From contig JBDRCO010000022.1 in the NCBI GenBank assembly GCA_043821645.1, positions 33,631-97,630 on the forward strand: a stretch of DNA of 64,000 bases, given 5' to 3'. This DNA comes from Pseudomonadota bacterium. GTDB taxonomy: Bacteria; Myxococcota; JACRCW01; JAFGSX01. This document shows, in pieces, positions 29,581 through 37,626 of the stretch; within the stretch, counting starts at the first letter, position 1; every line of letters begins with the position of its first letter. Under the pieces are notes generated by a model that ran no database searches, was not told the origin of the DNA, and worked only from the letters and a program-made list of their open reading frames with translations. The translations under genes were made by a program, and so were the position numbers.

Positions 29581-29681
29581 GCCACTCCTTGCGGGCTGCC
29601 GGAAAGCTCGCCCGATGCTATGGTGTAGGCTATCATATCCACTTCGTGGCGCTTGGTCGCCCGTGACATGGGAGGGTCGTG

Positions 29682-30464
29682 ATGCGATGCCAGGTGTCTT
29701 TCGGTGTTGTCGTCGTCGCTCTGATGCTGGCCCCGCTCCCGTCGAGAGCCCAGGTGGATGCCAGCGGCGAAGACAGTTCCGGCAGCGACGCTGCAACAGC
29801 TGCCGACGCCACGGTCGAAGACAGTGCCGTGGCCCCGGATGCGGCCACCGAAGCAGATAGCGCCGTGGCAGCCGATTCGGCCGTGGAACCCGACGCCGCG
29901 ACAGCCCCGGACTCCGCTATCGCCAGCGACGCCACGACAGGCACCGATTCCGCGGTCGAGAACGACGCGACCGTCGAGACAGATGCCGCGGTCGAGCCCG
30001 ATGCTGCGGCGGCGACCGACGGCGGCACGACCACAGACGGCGCGGCCGATGTCGACGCGGCCACGGCGGTCGATAGCTCCCGGCCGGACACCCTACGGCC
30101 GGACACGAGCACCACGCCCGATGCCACCCGTCCCGACCAAAGCACCGGCTTCGACGTCGGATCGTTCGACGCCACGCGCCCGGACAGCGCACGCCCGGAC
30201 AGCGGCCCCTGTGTCGAATCCTGCGTGGACGGCAAGACCTTGCACAGCTGCACTGCCGACGGCCAGCTGGTCGTGCTGACCTGCCCCTCGGACCAGACCT
30301 GTGAGGGCTCGAGCTGCGTGCTCAAGCCGACCCCACCGGACGACCAAGGGGGCTGCCAGTGCGGCCTGGCCTCCAGCCTGGACGGTCTCATGGCGCTGGT
30401 GGTTGCGGGGGTGCTGGTGGGCGTGAGCGTGGGACGCCGCCGCCGAATGCGTGCTAGACTGTGA
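29682..30464 (+). CDS. Secreted Asp/Ala/Thr-rich stalk protein with small Cys domain and MYXO-CTERM-type anchor
   Basis: Signal peptide; DSAV/DATV/PDAA repeats; C-terminus GGCQC...hydrophobic helix...RRRR; GGAGG RBS. Confidence 0.8.
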   Translation: MRCQVSFGVVVVALMLAPLPSRAQVDASGEDSSGSDAATAADATVEDSAVAPDAATEADSAVAADSAVEPDAATAPDSAIASDATTGTDSAVENDATVETDAAVEPDAAAATDGGTTTDGAADVDAATAVDSSRPDTLRPDTSTTPDATRPDQSTGFDVGSFDATRPDSARPDSGPCVESCVDGKTLHSCTADGQLVVLTCPSDQTCEGSSCVLKPTPPDDQGGCQCGLASSLDGLMALVVAGVLVGVSVGRRRRMRARL

Positions 30465-30519
30465 TCTCCTCTGGCAACCAGGCCGGACCACGGGAGGAAC
30501 TCGGGGGAGCGATCGCGAG

Positions 30520-31731
30520 GTGACTGCCGTGAACCACGGCTCGCATGCGTCCACTCTCCCACCACGCCGGGTGCTCCTCCTCGACGACGAGGAGTCGGTG
30601 CTGGGTGTGCTCTCCGACTACCTTCGCGGTCCCAACCTGGAGATCGTGACCTGTCGCGAGATCGAGGCCGCCGAGGCCATTCTCGAACACGCACCCTTTG
30701 ACGTCGTGGTCACCGACTTGCGGGTGTCCGAGCTGGGTGGCTTCGAGGGCATCCGTCTGATCCGCTTCGTCACCTCGCACTTCCCGAAGACCATCGTGCT
30801 AGCGATGAGCGGCTACGTCACCGAGGAGGTGTACGCCTTTGGCCGCGCCGCCGGGGTCACCGCGGTGCTGGAGAAACCCCTCGACCTGCCGCGCCTGCGC
30901 GAGTGGGTTTACGGCGACACCGAGGGCGCCGACGGCGGTGGCCTCGATGAGGGTCCTGTCGCCGACGTGCAACCTCTGCGCGAGTTCCTGACGTCCAACC
31001 AGGTGTACTCGCACTACCAGCCCATCGTCGACCTGTCGGTGCACCAGCGCGTCCAGGTGTTCGGCTACGAGGCTCTGGCGCGAGGTCCCGGCGACACACC
31101 GCTGCGCAACCCGGAGATCCTGTTCGCCTATGCCACGCGCAAGGAATGCCTGCTCGAGACCGACGTGATGTGCATCGGGGCAGCCATGCGCCAGGCCCCT
31201 CGCCTGGGCAGGCCCAAGCTCTTTCTCAACATGCACCCTCGCTCGCTGACCTCACCGGACTCGCCCGATCGGGTCACCGACCTCGTGGTCGGAGCAGGCA
31301 TGGACCCCAAGCAGGTGGTGATCGAGCTCACCGAGCACCATGCCATCGTCAATCCCGAAGCTTTTCGCGAAAGCCTGGACCGGATGCGCGCGCGCGGCTT
31401 CGGCGTGGCCCTCGACGATTTCGGTGTGGGCTACGCCAACGTGCGGCTGCTCAGCGAGATCCAGCCCGAATACATCAAGCTGTCGGGCTACTTCGCCATG
31501 AACGTGGACCGCTCGCCGGTACGGCAAAAGCTGGTGGCCGCCATGGCCGACATGGCGCGGCGCCTGGGCACACCGGTGATCGCCGAGGGCATCGAGACCG
31601 AGTCCGACCTGCTCGCGGTGCGGCAGCTGGGTGTGGCCTACGGCCAGGGCTACCTGTTCGCGCGCCCGGCCAGTGCCGACGATCTCACGAAGCGCTTCGA
31701 TCAGGATGGCGCTGAGCGGCTCGACGCTTGA
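30520..31731 (+). CDS. REC-EAL c-di-GMP phosphodiesterase
   Basis: REC (LDDE, VTDL, EKP) plus EAL domain (YQPIV, YEALAR, IELTE, ALDDFGVG, IKL, IAEGIET, QGY); start GTG at 30520 or 30529. Confidence 0.92.
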   Translation: MTAVNHGSHASTLPPRRVLLLDDEESVLGVLSDYLRGPNLEIVTCREIEAAEAILEHAPFDVVVTDLRVSELGGFEGIRLIRFVTSHFPKTIVLAMSGYVTEEVYAFGRAAGVTAVLEKPLDLPRLREWVYGDTEGADGGGLDEGPVADVQPLREFLTSNQVYSHYQPIVDLSVHQRVQVFGYEALARGPGDTPLRNPEILFAYATRKECLLETDVMCIGAAMRQAPRLGRPKLFLNMHPRSLTSPDSPDRVTDLVVGAGMDPKQVVIELTEHHAIVNPEAFRESLDRMRARGFGVALDDFGVGYANVRLLSEIQPEYIKLSGYFAMNVDRSPVRQKLVAAMADMARRLGTPVIAEGIETESDLLAVRQLGVAYGQGYLFARPASADDLTKRFDQDGAERLDA

Positions 31732-31866
31732 CCCCCGCGCACCCCCTTTGACAGCATCCCCGGATCGCACGATGGCGAGCCGGGCGATCACGGGACCCGG
31801 CTCCATCGTCGGTGTCACCAGAACCGTGCCCGCGGCGCGAGCCCCGAGGCAGCAGAGGAAGTCCCC

Positions 31867-32280
31867 ATGGCCAACGGCGTGAACAAGGTGATCCTCATTG
31901 GCAACCTCGGGCAGGACCCCGATGTGCGCGTCACCGGAGGCGGCACCGCGGTCGCCAACATGCGGCTCGCTTGCAACGAGCGCTACAAGAACAAGAACGG
32001 CGAGTGGGAAGACCGCGTCGAGTGGGTCAGCGTGGTGACCTTTGGCAAGACCGCCGAGAACTGCCGGGACTACCTGGCGAAGGGGCGGCAGATCTACGTC
32101 GAGGGCCGGCTGCAGACCCGCAACTGGGAAGACAAGGACGGCAACAAGCGCTACACCACCGAGGTGGTCGCCAACCAGGTGCTGTTCCTGCAAGGTGGTG
32201 GTGCCAATGCCGGCGCCAGCAAGACCGGCGGCGGCGACGACAGCCCGCCGCCCTACTCCGACGACGACATTCCGTTCTAG
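31867..32280 (+). CDS. ssb: Single-stranded DNA-binding protein
   Basis: VNKVILIGNLGQDP, VEGRLQTR and C-terminal DDDIPF. Confidence 0.98.
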   Translation: MANGVNKVILIGNLGQDPDVRVTGGGTAVANMRLACNERYKNKNGEWEDRVEWVSVVTFGKTAENCRDYLAKGRQIYVEGRLQTRNWEDKDGNKRYTTEVVANQVLFLQGGGANAGASKTGGGDDSPPPYSDDDIPF

Positions 32281-32375
32281 GCGCTGCGGAGAGCCCGCAG
32301 CCCACCGCGTGCGAGACGAGATTCACCCTGGCAGCGCTGCGTCCCTGCGCCCGGCCGCAGCGCCGGGAGGTCACC

Positions 32376-33317
32376 ATGCGCGTCATCTTCATGGGCAGCC
32401 CCGAGTTCGCGGTTCCGTCGCTGCGCGGCGTGGTCGAGGCCGGACACCAGGTAGTGCGCGTGGTCAGCCAGCCGGACAAGCCCAAGGGTCGTGGTCGCAG
32501 CCTGGCGCCCTGTGCGGTCAAGGAGGCCGCGCTGCGCCTGGGCCTCGAGGTGTCCACACCGGACCATATCCGGGGCAAGCACGCCGTGGCCTTTCTCGAC
32601 GAGCTGCACGCGCTGCAACCCGACGTCGTGCTGGTGGCCGCTTACGGCAAGATCCTGTCGACGCGGCTGCTCGACATGCCCCGCGTCGCGCCGATCAACG
32701 TGCATGCGTCGGTGCTGCCGCGCTGGCGAGGCGCCTCCCCCATACAGCACGCGGTGCTGGCCGGTGACGACGAGACCGGTGTGTCCATCATGAGGATGGA
32801 CGCGGGGCTCGACACCGGCGGCGTGTACCGTGTCGCGCGGACCTCCATCCTCCCCAACGAGACTGCGGGCGAGCTGTCCACGCGCCTGTCCGTCATCGGC
32901 GCAGCAGCCCTGGTCGAGGCCCTCCCCGCCATCGCCGACGGCAGCCTGGTCGCGCAGGTGCAGCCCGAACAGGGCATCACCCTGGCGCCCCTGCTCGACA
33001 AGCACGATGGCCACCTGGACTTTTCCCTCGACGCCGCGTCCCTGGTGCGCCGCGTACACGCCATGAACCCCTGGCCGGGCGCCTCCACCCGCCTCGACGG
33101 CAAGGGGCTCAAGATCCATCGCGCCCACGTCGTCGAAGCCAACGCCACCGAAGCCGCCCCCGGCGCCTTGCAGGTGTCCCACAAAGCGCTGCTTGTGCGC
33201 TGCGGCCACGGAGCCCTGGCCATCGACGAGCTGCAGCTCGAGGGCAAGCGACGCCTGCGCAGCGACGAGTTCCTGCAGGGCGCGCGCATCGCGCCGGGAA
33301 CCAGGCTCGGCGAGTAG
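32376..33317 (+). CDS. fmt: Methionyl-tRNA formyltransferase
   Basis: MRVIFMGSPEFA, QPDKPKGRG, NVHASVLPRWRGASPI, GLDTG, NPWPG and LEGKR motifs; GGAGG RBS. Confidence 0.97.
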   Translation: MRVIFMGSPEFAVPSLRGVVEAGHQVVRVVSQPDKPKGRGRSLAPCAVKEAALRLGLEVSTPDHIRGKHAVAFLDELHALQPDVVLVAAYGKILSTRLLDMPRVAPINVHASVLPRWRGASPIQHAVLAGDDETGVSIMRMDAGLDTGGVYRVARTSILPNETAGELSTRLSVIGAAALVEALPAIADGSLVAQVQPEQGITLAPLLDKHDGHLDFSLDAASLVRRVHAMNPWPGASTRLDGKGLKIHRAHVVEANATEAAPGALQVSHKALLVRCGHGALAIDELQLEGKRRLRSDEFLQGARIAPGTRLGE

Positions 33318-33352
33318 CCCACCCTTCTGTCAAGTTTTCCGTCGTCACCGGC

Positions 33353-33377
33353 GCTGTCTTTCGGCGGCTGTTTTTTT
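33353..33377 (+). terminator. Possible rho-independent terminator after fmt
   Basis: Weak GCTGTC-TTTC-GGCGGC stem with G-U pairs, followed by T7. Confidence 0.4.
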
Positions 33378-33493
33378 GGAGGAGCGATCAACTGCCCCTA
33401 CCATGGAGCCAGGCAACGTCGAGTGCCGCCTTTCATCGCCCGCGACCACACACCGGCGACCCGCAGCCTCGACCCATCTTCCGGAGGTGCTTC

Positions 33494-34375
33494 GTGGTGC
33501 GCGCAACCAGCCTTCGTCGCGAACTCGCCGACAAGCCCGAACCCGCATCGACCCCGACCCCCCGCGCGGAGTCGCAGACTTTGCAGCTGCGCCGCGCCGA
33601 CCGCGTCATCCCGCTGTGGAACCAGCTGTACGAGGGCGACAGCCTGGCCGTGATGCAGGGCTGGGAAGACAGCGTGTTTCACGCCTGCATCACCGATCCC
33701 CCATACAACATCGCGCGCAAGCGCAAGGGACTGGCCTGGGCCTTCTCGTCCCACGTCACCATCGATGAGAAGTGGGATCGCTTCGAGGACGACGACTACG
33801 AAAAGTTCACCGAGGCCTGGTTGCGCGAGGTGTGCCGCGTGGTCAAGCTCAACGGCAACATCTTCATCTTTGGCAGCTACCACAACATCTACACCATCGG
33901 CGCGGTGGCCCACCGCATGGGTCTGCGCGTGGTCAACTCCATCATCTGGGCCAAGCCCAACGCCCAGCCCAACATCACCTGCCGCATGTTCACCGAGTCC
34001 ACCGAGCAGGTCCTGTGGCTCGCCAACAACCACCGCGACAAGGCCAAGAACTGGACCTTCAACTACAAGGCCATGAAGGAGCTCAACCACGGCAAGCAGA
34101 TGCGCAACTACTGGGAGATCCCCCTGACCCCGAAGCGCGAGCGCGAGCACGGCAAGCATCCTTCGCAAAAGCCGCTCAAGGTGATGGAGCGCCTGGTGCT
34201 CGCCGGCACCAACGAGGGCGACATGGTCCTCGACTGCTTCAGCGGCTCGGGTTCCACCATGCTGGCCTGCGAGGTGTTCAAGCGGCGCTGGGTCGCCATC
34301 GAGCGCGAGGCCGAGTACAACGCCATCGCCCGCAAACGCCTCGAGGCCTACCGACAGCAGCGCCGCCTGGACTGA
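33494..34375 (+). CDS. Orphan beta-class N6-adenine/N4-cytosine DNA methyltransferase (DpnA/CcrM-like)
   Basis: DPPY precedes HPSQKP and DCFSGSGST (beta motif order); GGAGG RBS with GTG start; no neighbouring endonuclease. Confidence 0.92.
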   Translation: MVRATSLRRELADKPEPASTPTPRAESQTLQLRRADRVIPLWNQLYEGDSLAVMQGWEDSVFHACITDPPYNIARKRKGLAWAFSSHVTIDEKWDRFEDDDYEKFTEAWLREVCRVVKLNGNIFIFGSYHNIYTIGAVAHRMGLRVVNSIIWAKPNAQPNITCRMFTESTEQVLWLANNHRDKAKNWTFNYKAMKELNHGKQMRNYWEIPLTPKREREHGKHPSQKPLKVMERLVLAGTNEGDMVLDCFSGSGSTMLACEVFKRRWVAIEREAEYNAIARKRLEAYRQQRRLD

Positions 34376-34431
34376 GGCGACGACGACGCACGGCCATGTG
34401 TTAACATCTGCCCATGCCACAGCGCCATGCC

Positions 34432-35094
34432 ATGAAATCCGTTTTCGCCTTGACCGCGATCCTCTCCGGCTGCGGGCCCGCCCCGTCGAGTGACGACGTG
34501 GGCGTGCTGGTGCGCGACGCCGGACCGCGCGACCGGGTGGTGGTCGATCGCGGCGGCAGCGACAGCACCGTGCTCGATCAGGCCGCACCGGACCAGGCGA
34601 GCGCCGACAGCGCGGTGGCGGATGGCACCGGCCCGGACCTCACGCCCCTGGACAGCGCCGTCGCCAGTGACAGTGCGCTGCCCGACACCCGGGCCCCGGA
34701 CCTGGGCAGCCCCGACACCTACCTGTTCTACGGTCCCTATGTCGCCACCGGCCTGCCGCGCGTGATCAACGACGCCACCGCCAACGGCCCCACCCTGACG
34801 ACGGTCGTTCTCAATGTCCCCGCCACCCTGAACGTGGACTTCGCCGATGTGCACGTCGAGATCTCGCACGAGGATGTGCGCGACCTGCTCGTGCAACTGG
34901 TGCCACCAGTGGGAAATTCGGACACGCTCTACGATGGCACCAGCTGCAGCTCCGCCTGTCCGACCAACCTGGTGCTGGACCAGCGCCTCAACATCTTCAA
35001 CGACACCCGGGGCAACTGGGTGCTGCGCCTGACCGACCGCAACCAGAGCCGCACCGGCGTGGTGCAGGCCTACACCCTGAATTTCATTCCCTGA
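34432..35094 (+). CDS. Lipoprotein with a proprotein-convertase P-domain-like module
   Basis: Lipobox LSGC; DSAV-rich linker; V.V.I.H....DL...L.PP.G and G.W.L...D.....G....TL.F P-domain pattern; no peptidase domain. Confidence 0.75.
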   Translation: MKSVFALTAILSGCGPAPSSDDVGVLVRDAGPRDRVVVDRGGSDSTVLDQAAPDQASADSAVADGTGPDLTPLDSAVASDSALPDTRAPDLGSPDTYLFYGPYVATGLPRVINDATANGPTLTTVVLNVPATLNVDFADVHVEISHEDVRDLLVQLVPPVGNSDTLYDGTSCSSACPTNLVLDQRLNIFNDTRGNWVLRLTDRNQSRTGVVQAYTLNFIP

Positions 35095-35223
35095 CCGACC
35101 CCCGAGATCGGTCACTTGACCGATGGCTGCGCCAATCTGGCTGCGTCCTCGCTAGAGTTCATGTGGGCCTGCTCGACCGCAGATCAGGCGGATCGATCGG
35201 CTCCAGCGAGAAATATTTTTCGT

Positions 35224-35239
35224 TGTGAGTCCGGTCACA
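35224..35239. promoter_or_regulatory. CRP-family binding site
   Basis: Exact TGTGA-N6-TCACA (TGTGAGTCCGGTCACA) with AT-rich flanks, upstream of the ECF sigma gene. Confidence 0.6.
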
Positions 35240-35460
35240 TAGGCCAAAAACCGCAATCCCTCCGCGAGGGTAGGACCCCTACCCACAGCGGCCCCAGGTG
35301 TAGGGCCGCAGTCGCTGCTTTTCCTACGCAACACGGCCTCCCGACGAGCGATATAGTGAGTGCACGCGGCACGGTGCGTGAGCATCCCACCCGGGAACTC
35401 CGCCCTGCCGGGAGCCGACGACGGTCATCATTTTGGGTCGCGGACCCAGGAGTTTGATAG

Positions 35461-36147
35461 ATGCCACTGCTCGTCAAAGACCGGAAGCTGCTACGGGCTT
35501 TTCGCAAGGGTGAGCGCTGGGCGCTCGAGGAAGTGTACGCCTTCTACGGCACCAGGCTGCGGCGGTACCTGCAGGGTGGCTTCACCTTCGAGAGTCAGGG
35601 CCGGGTCTGTCGCTTTGGCGGCAGCGCCACCGGCGTCGAGCTGGAGTGGGTGGTGCAGGAGACCTTTTTGCGCGCCTTCGAGGAGCGCACGCGCAAGGCC
35701 TATGATGGGGAACGCCCGTTCCTGCGCTATCTGCAGACCGTCGCTCGCAACCTTCTGCTGCGCGAGCTGAACCGCAAGCGGCGCCTGACCCTGCTCGACG
35801 AGACCACCAGCAGCTTCGAGCCCGAGGAGAGTTCGGCCTCGCTGGCGGTGCGGCAGATTCACGCCAATCCCGAGCAGGTGGCCGAGCGCAAGGAACTCGA
35901 GGCCATCCTGTCGAGCTTCCTGGCCGAGCTGACGCCGGAGGAAGCTTCCTTTGTGCAGTACCGCTTCGTGGCGATGAAGACCCAGGAAGCCACCGCCGAG
36001 GCCATGGGCAAGACCCGCGCTCGCATCAAGGTGCTCGAGGCCAGCATGCGCGGCCGTTTCCTGGATCTGTTCCGGCTCCATGGCTACTTCGTGGAGAAGG
36101 CGCCGCAGCCCCGCTGGACCCGCCGGGACAAGCTGGCCGTGGGCTGA
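35461..36147 (+). CDS. ECF-type sigma-70 family RNA polymerase sigma factor
   Basis: ALEEVY..Y, VVQETFLRAF, YL..VARN (region 2) and a C-terminal HTH TQEATAEAMG..R..I (region 4); AGGAG RBS. Confidence 0.88.
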   Translation: MPLLVKDRKLLRAFRKGERWALEEVYAFYGTRLRRYLQGGFTFESQGRVCRFGGSATGVELEWVVQETFLRAFEERTRKAYDGERPFLRYLQTVARNLLLRELNRKRRLTLLDETTSSFEPEESSASLAVRQIHANPEQVAERKELEAILSSFLAELTPEEASFVQYRFVAMKTQEATAEAMGKTRARIKVLEASMRGRFLDLFRLHGYFVEKAPQPRWTRRDKLAVG

Positions 36148-36449
36148 GCCACCCCGCCTCCTCTTCTTCTTCGCTCGACATCCCCGGATACACGTCTTTT
36201 GACCTCGACACGCCGCTTGACCAGGTCCATCGCAGCGACTAATCCACGCTGACTATTCTGATGAGCTCCGCAGATCGCTGCCTGACCCCGCTGGGAGGGC
36301 CAGGGCCAGCAGCGGAGCAGCAGTGACCAGGGGTACGACAGTGGAGCACATGATCCAGCGGATCGGAGCAAATCCGCCACTGGCTTTTTATCGCCACCGA
36401 GTGGGAATAAAAATCAGTCTAATTCCTAATGGTTGAAGATGCGCGCCGC

Positions 36450-36465
36450 TGGCGCAGGCATTGCT
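36450..36465 (+). promoter_or_regulatory. Sigma-54 (-24/-12) promoter
   Basis: TGGCGC-AGGCA-TTGCT matches TGGCAC-N5-TTGCW with exact GG-N10-GC spacing; AT-rich tract at 36404-36430 just upstream; ~65 nt before the ATG. Confidence 0.8.
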
Positions 36466-36529
36466 TTCGAGCGGTGCCGGGGAAGTGTACACGGCTGGTC
36501 CAGACGGCCAGCAAGGCAAGGAGAGGCGG

Positions 36530-37567
36530 ATGACAAGAGCGAGGACGGTGTGGGGCACGGGCCTGCTCGTTCCAGCCCTGGTGATGCTCGGCGCGGCCAG
36601 CACGGCGCACGCGATCACCGGGAACGTGGACAGCACAGCACAAGCCACGAAGAAGTTCCCGGTCTCGGCGACCCTGGTCTACGACAACAGTGTGGGCATA
36701 GGCACCTTCGTGGCCAACGAATATGCCCGCAATCCGTCGTGGTCCATGTCGTTGAGCCTGCGCCCCAGCCTGACGCTGTGGGAGAAGCTTCGGCTGACCC
36801 TGCGCGCCGACGTGGTCAAGAACATGACCACCAGCTTCCAGGGCAATGCCAATGCCGATGCCTCCGGCGAGAGCTACGTGCGGCAAATGACGGTCAGCGA
36901 CCTGATGCTGATCGCCGCCTACCCCCAGATCTACAAGGAGCCCATCACCGGCATCAGCATCGGCGCCAGCCTGACCGGCTACGCTCCGGTGAGCATGCTC
37001 AGCCGCGCCACCAACCAGGTGGTCGCGCTGCGCCCCGGGCTGGCCGTGAACTGGGCCTGGGAAGGGCTCTCGTTGGACTACGCGTTTTACTTCAAGAAGA
37101 ACTTCCAGACCACCACCAACGTCACCCACAACCTTGGTAACTTGCCGAACTCGTTGCAGTTCCGGCCTGGTGGGCCCGAGGATCTGGGCAATGGCGAGAT
37201 CGCGCTTGGCGATGTGCGCAACACCAGCCACCTCGTCTACAACTACGTCGGTGCCGGCTACACCTTCTTCGATGTGGTCACCGCCTCGGCCAGCCTCTTC
37301 GTGATCAACACGTTCAAGTACACCCAGCCCCTGAGCGACGAGTACTCGAGCCCCTACGCTCGAGCCGCGGGCCAGATCGACTCGACCTGGGGCACCATCG
37401 ACATCACCTACCAGCCCTGGGAGCACCTGGCCTTCTCGGCGGGCATGAGCAGCCTGCAGCCCGCCTTCACAGCGGACAACAAGTACCTGCGCTTCCCCTT
37501 CTTTGACTTCGTGAGCACCGCGGACAACTACACCGCGTTCTACTTCGACGTCATGGGGACCTTCTGA
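36530..37567 (+). CDS. Predicted outer-membrane beta-barrel protein, family unknown
   Basis: Signal peptide (..AASTAHA); alternating amphipathic aromatic-rich strands; C-terminal FYFDVMGTF resembles a beta-signal. Confidence 0.75.
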   Translation: MTRARTVWGTGLLVPALVMLGAASTAHAITGNVDSTAQATKKFPVSATLVYDNSVGIGTFVANEYARNPSWSMSLSLRPSLTLWEKLRLTLRADVVKNMTTSFQGNANADASGESYVRQMTVSDLMLIAAYPQIYKEPITGISIGASLTGYAPVSMLSRATNQVVALRPGLAVNWAWEGLSLDYAFYFKKNFQTTTNVTHNLGNLPNSLQFRPGGPEDLGNGEIALGDVRNTSHLVYNYVGAGYTFFDVVTASASLFVINTFKYTQPLSDEYSSPYARAAGQIDSTWGTIDITYQPWEHLAFSAGMSSLQPAFTADNKYLRFPFFDFVSTADNYTAFYFDVMGTF

Positions 37568-37626
37568 TGCGGCGGCGACAACGGGACGCGATCCCTTTGA
37601 TGATTACTCCACAAGGAGAGACAGGC

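Noticed and set aside
33494-35094. Restriction-modification or defence island around the methyltransferase
   Set aside because: The neighbours are fmt and a lipoprotein; no nuclease, integrase or compositional shift
35250-35310. Possible c-di-GMP-I riboswitch (GCAATCC..GCGA..GGAC)
   Set aside because: Lacks the GCAAAG junction and tetraloop-receptor stem; kept only as generic structure
35367-35383. Sigma-54-like CGGCACGGTGCGTGAG upstream of the ECF gene
   Set aside because: The -12 dinucleotide is GA rather than the near-invariant GC
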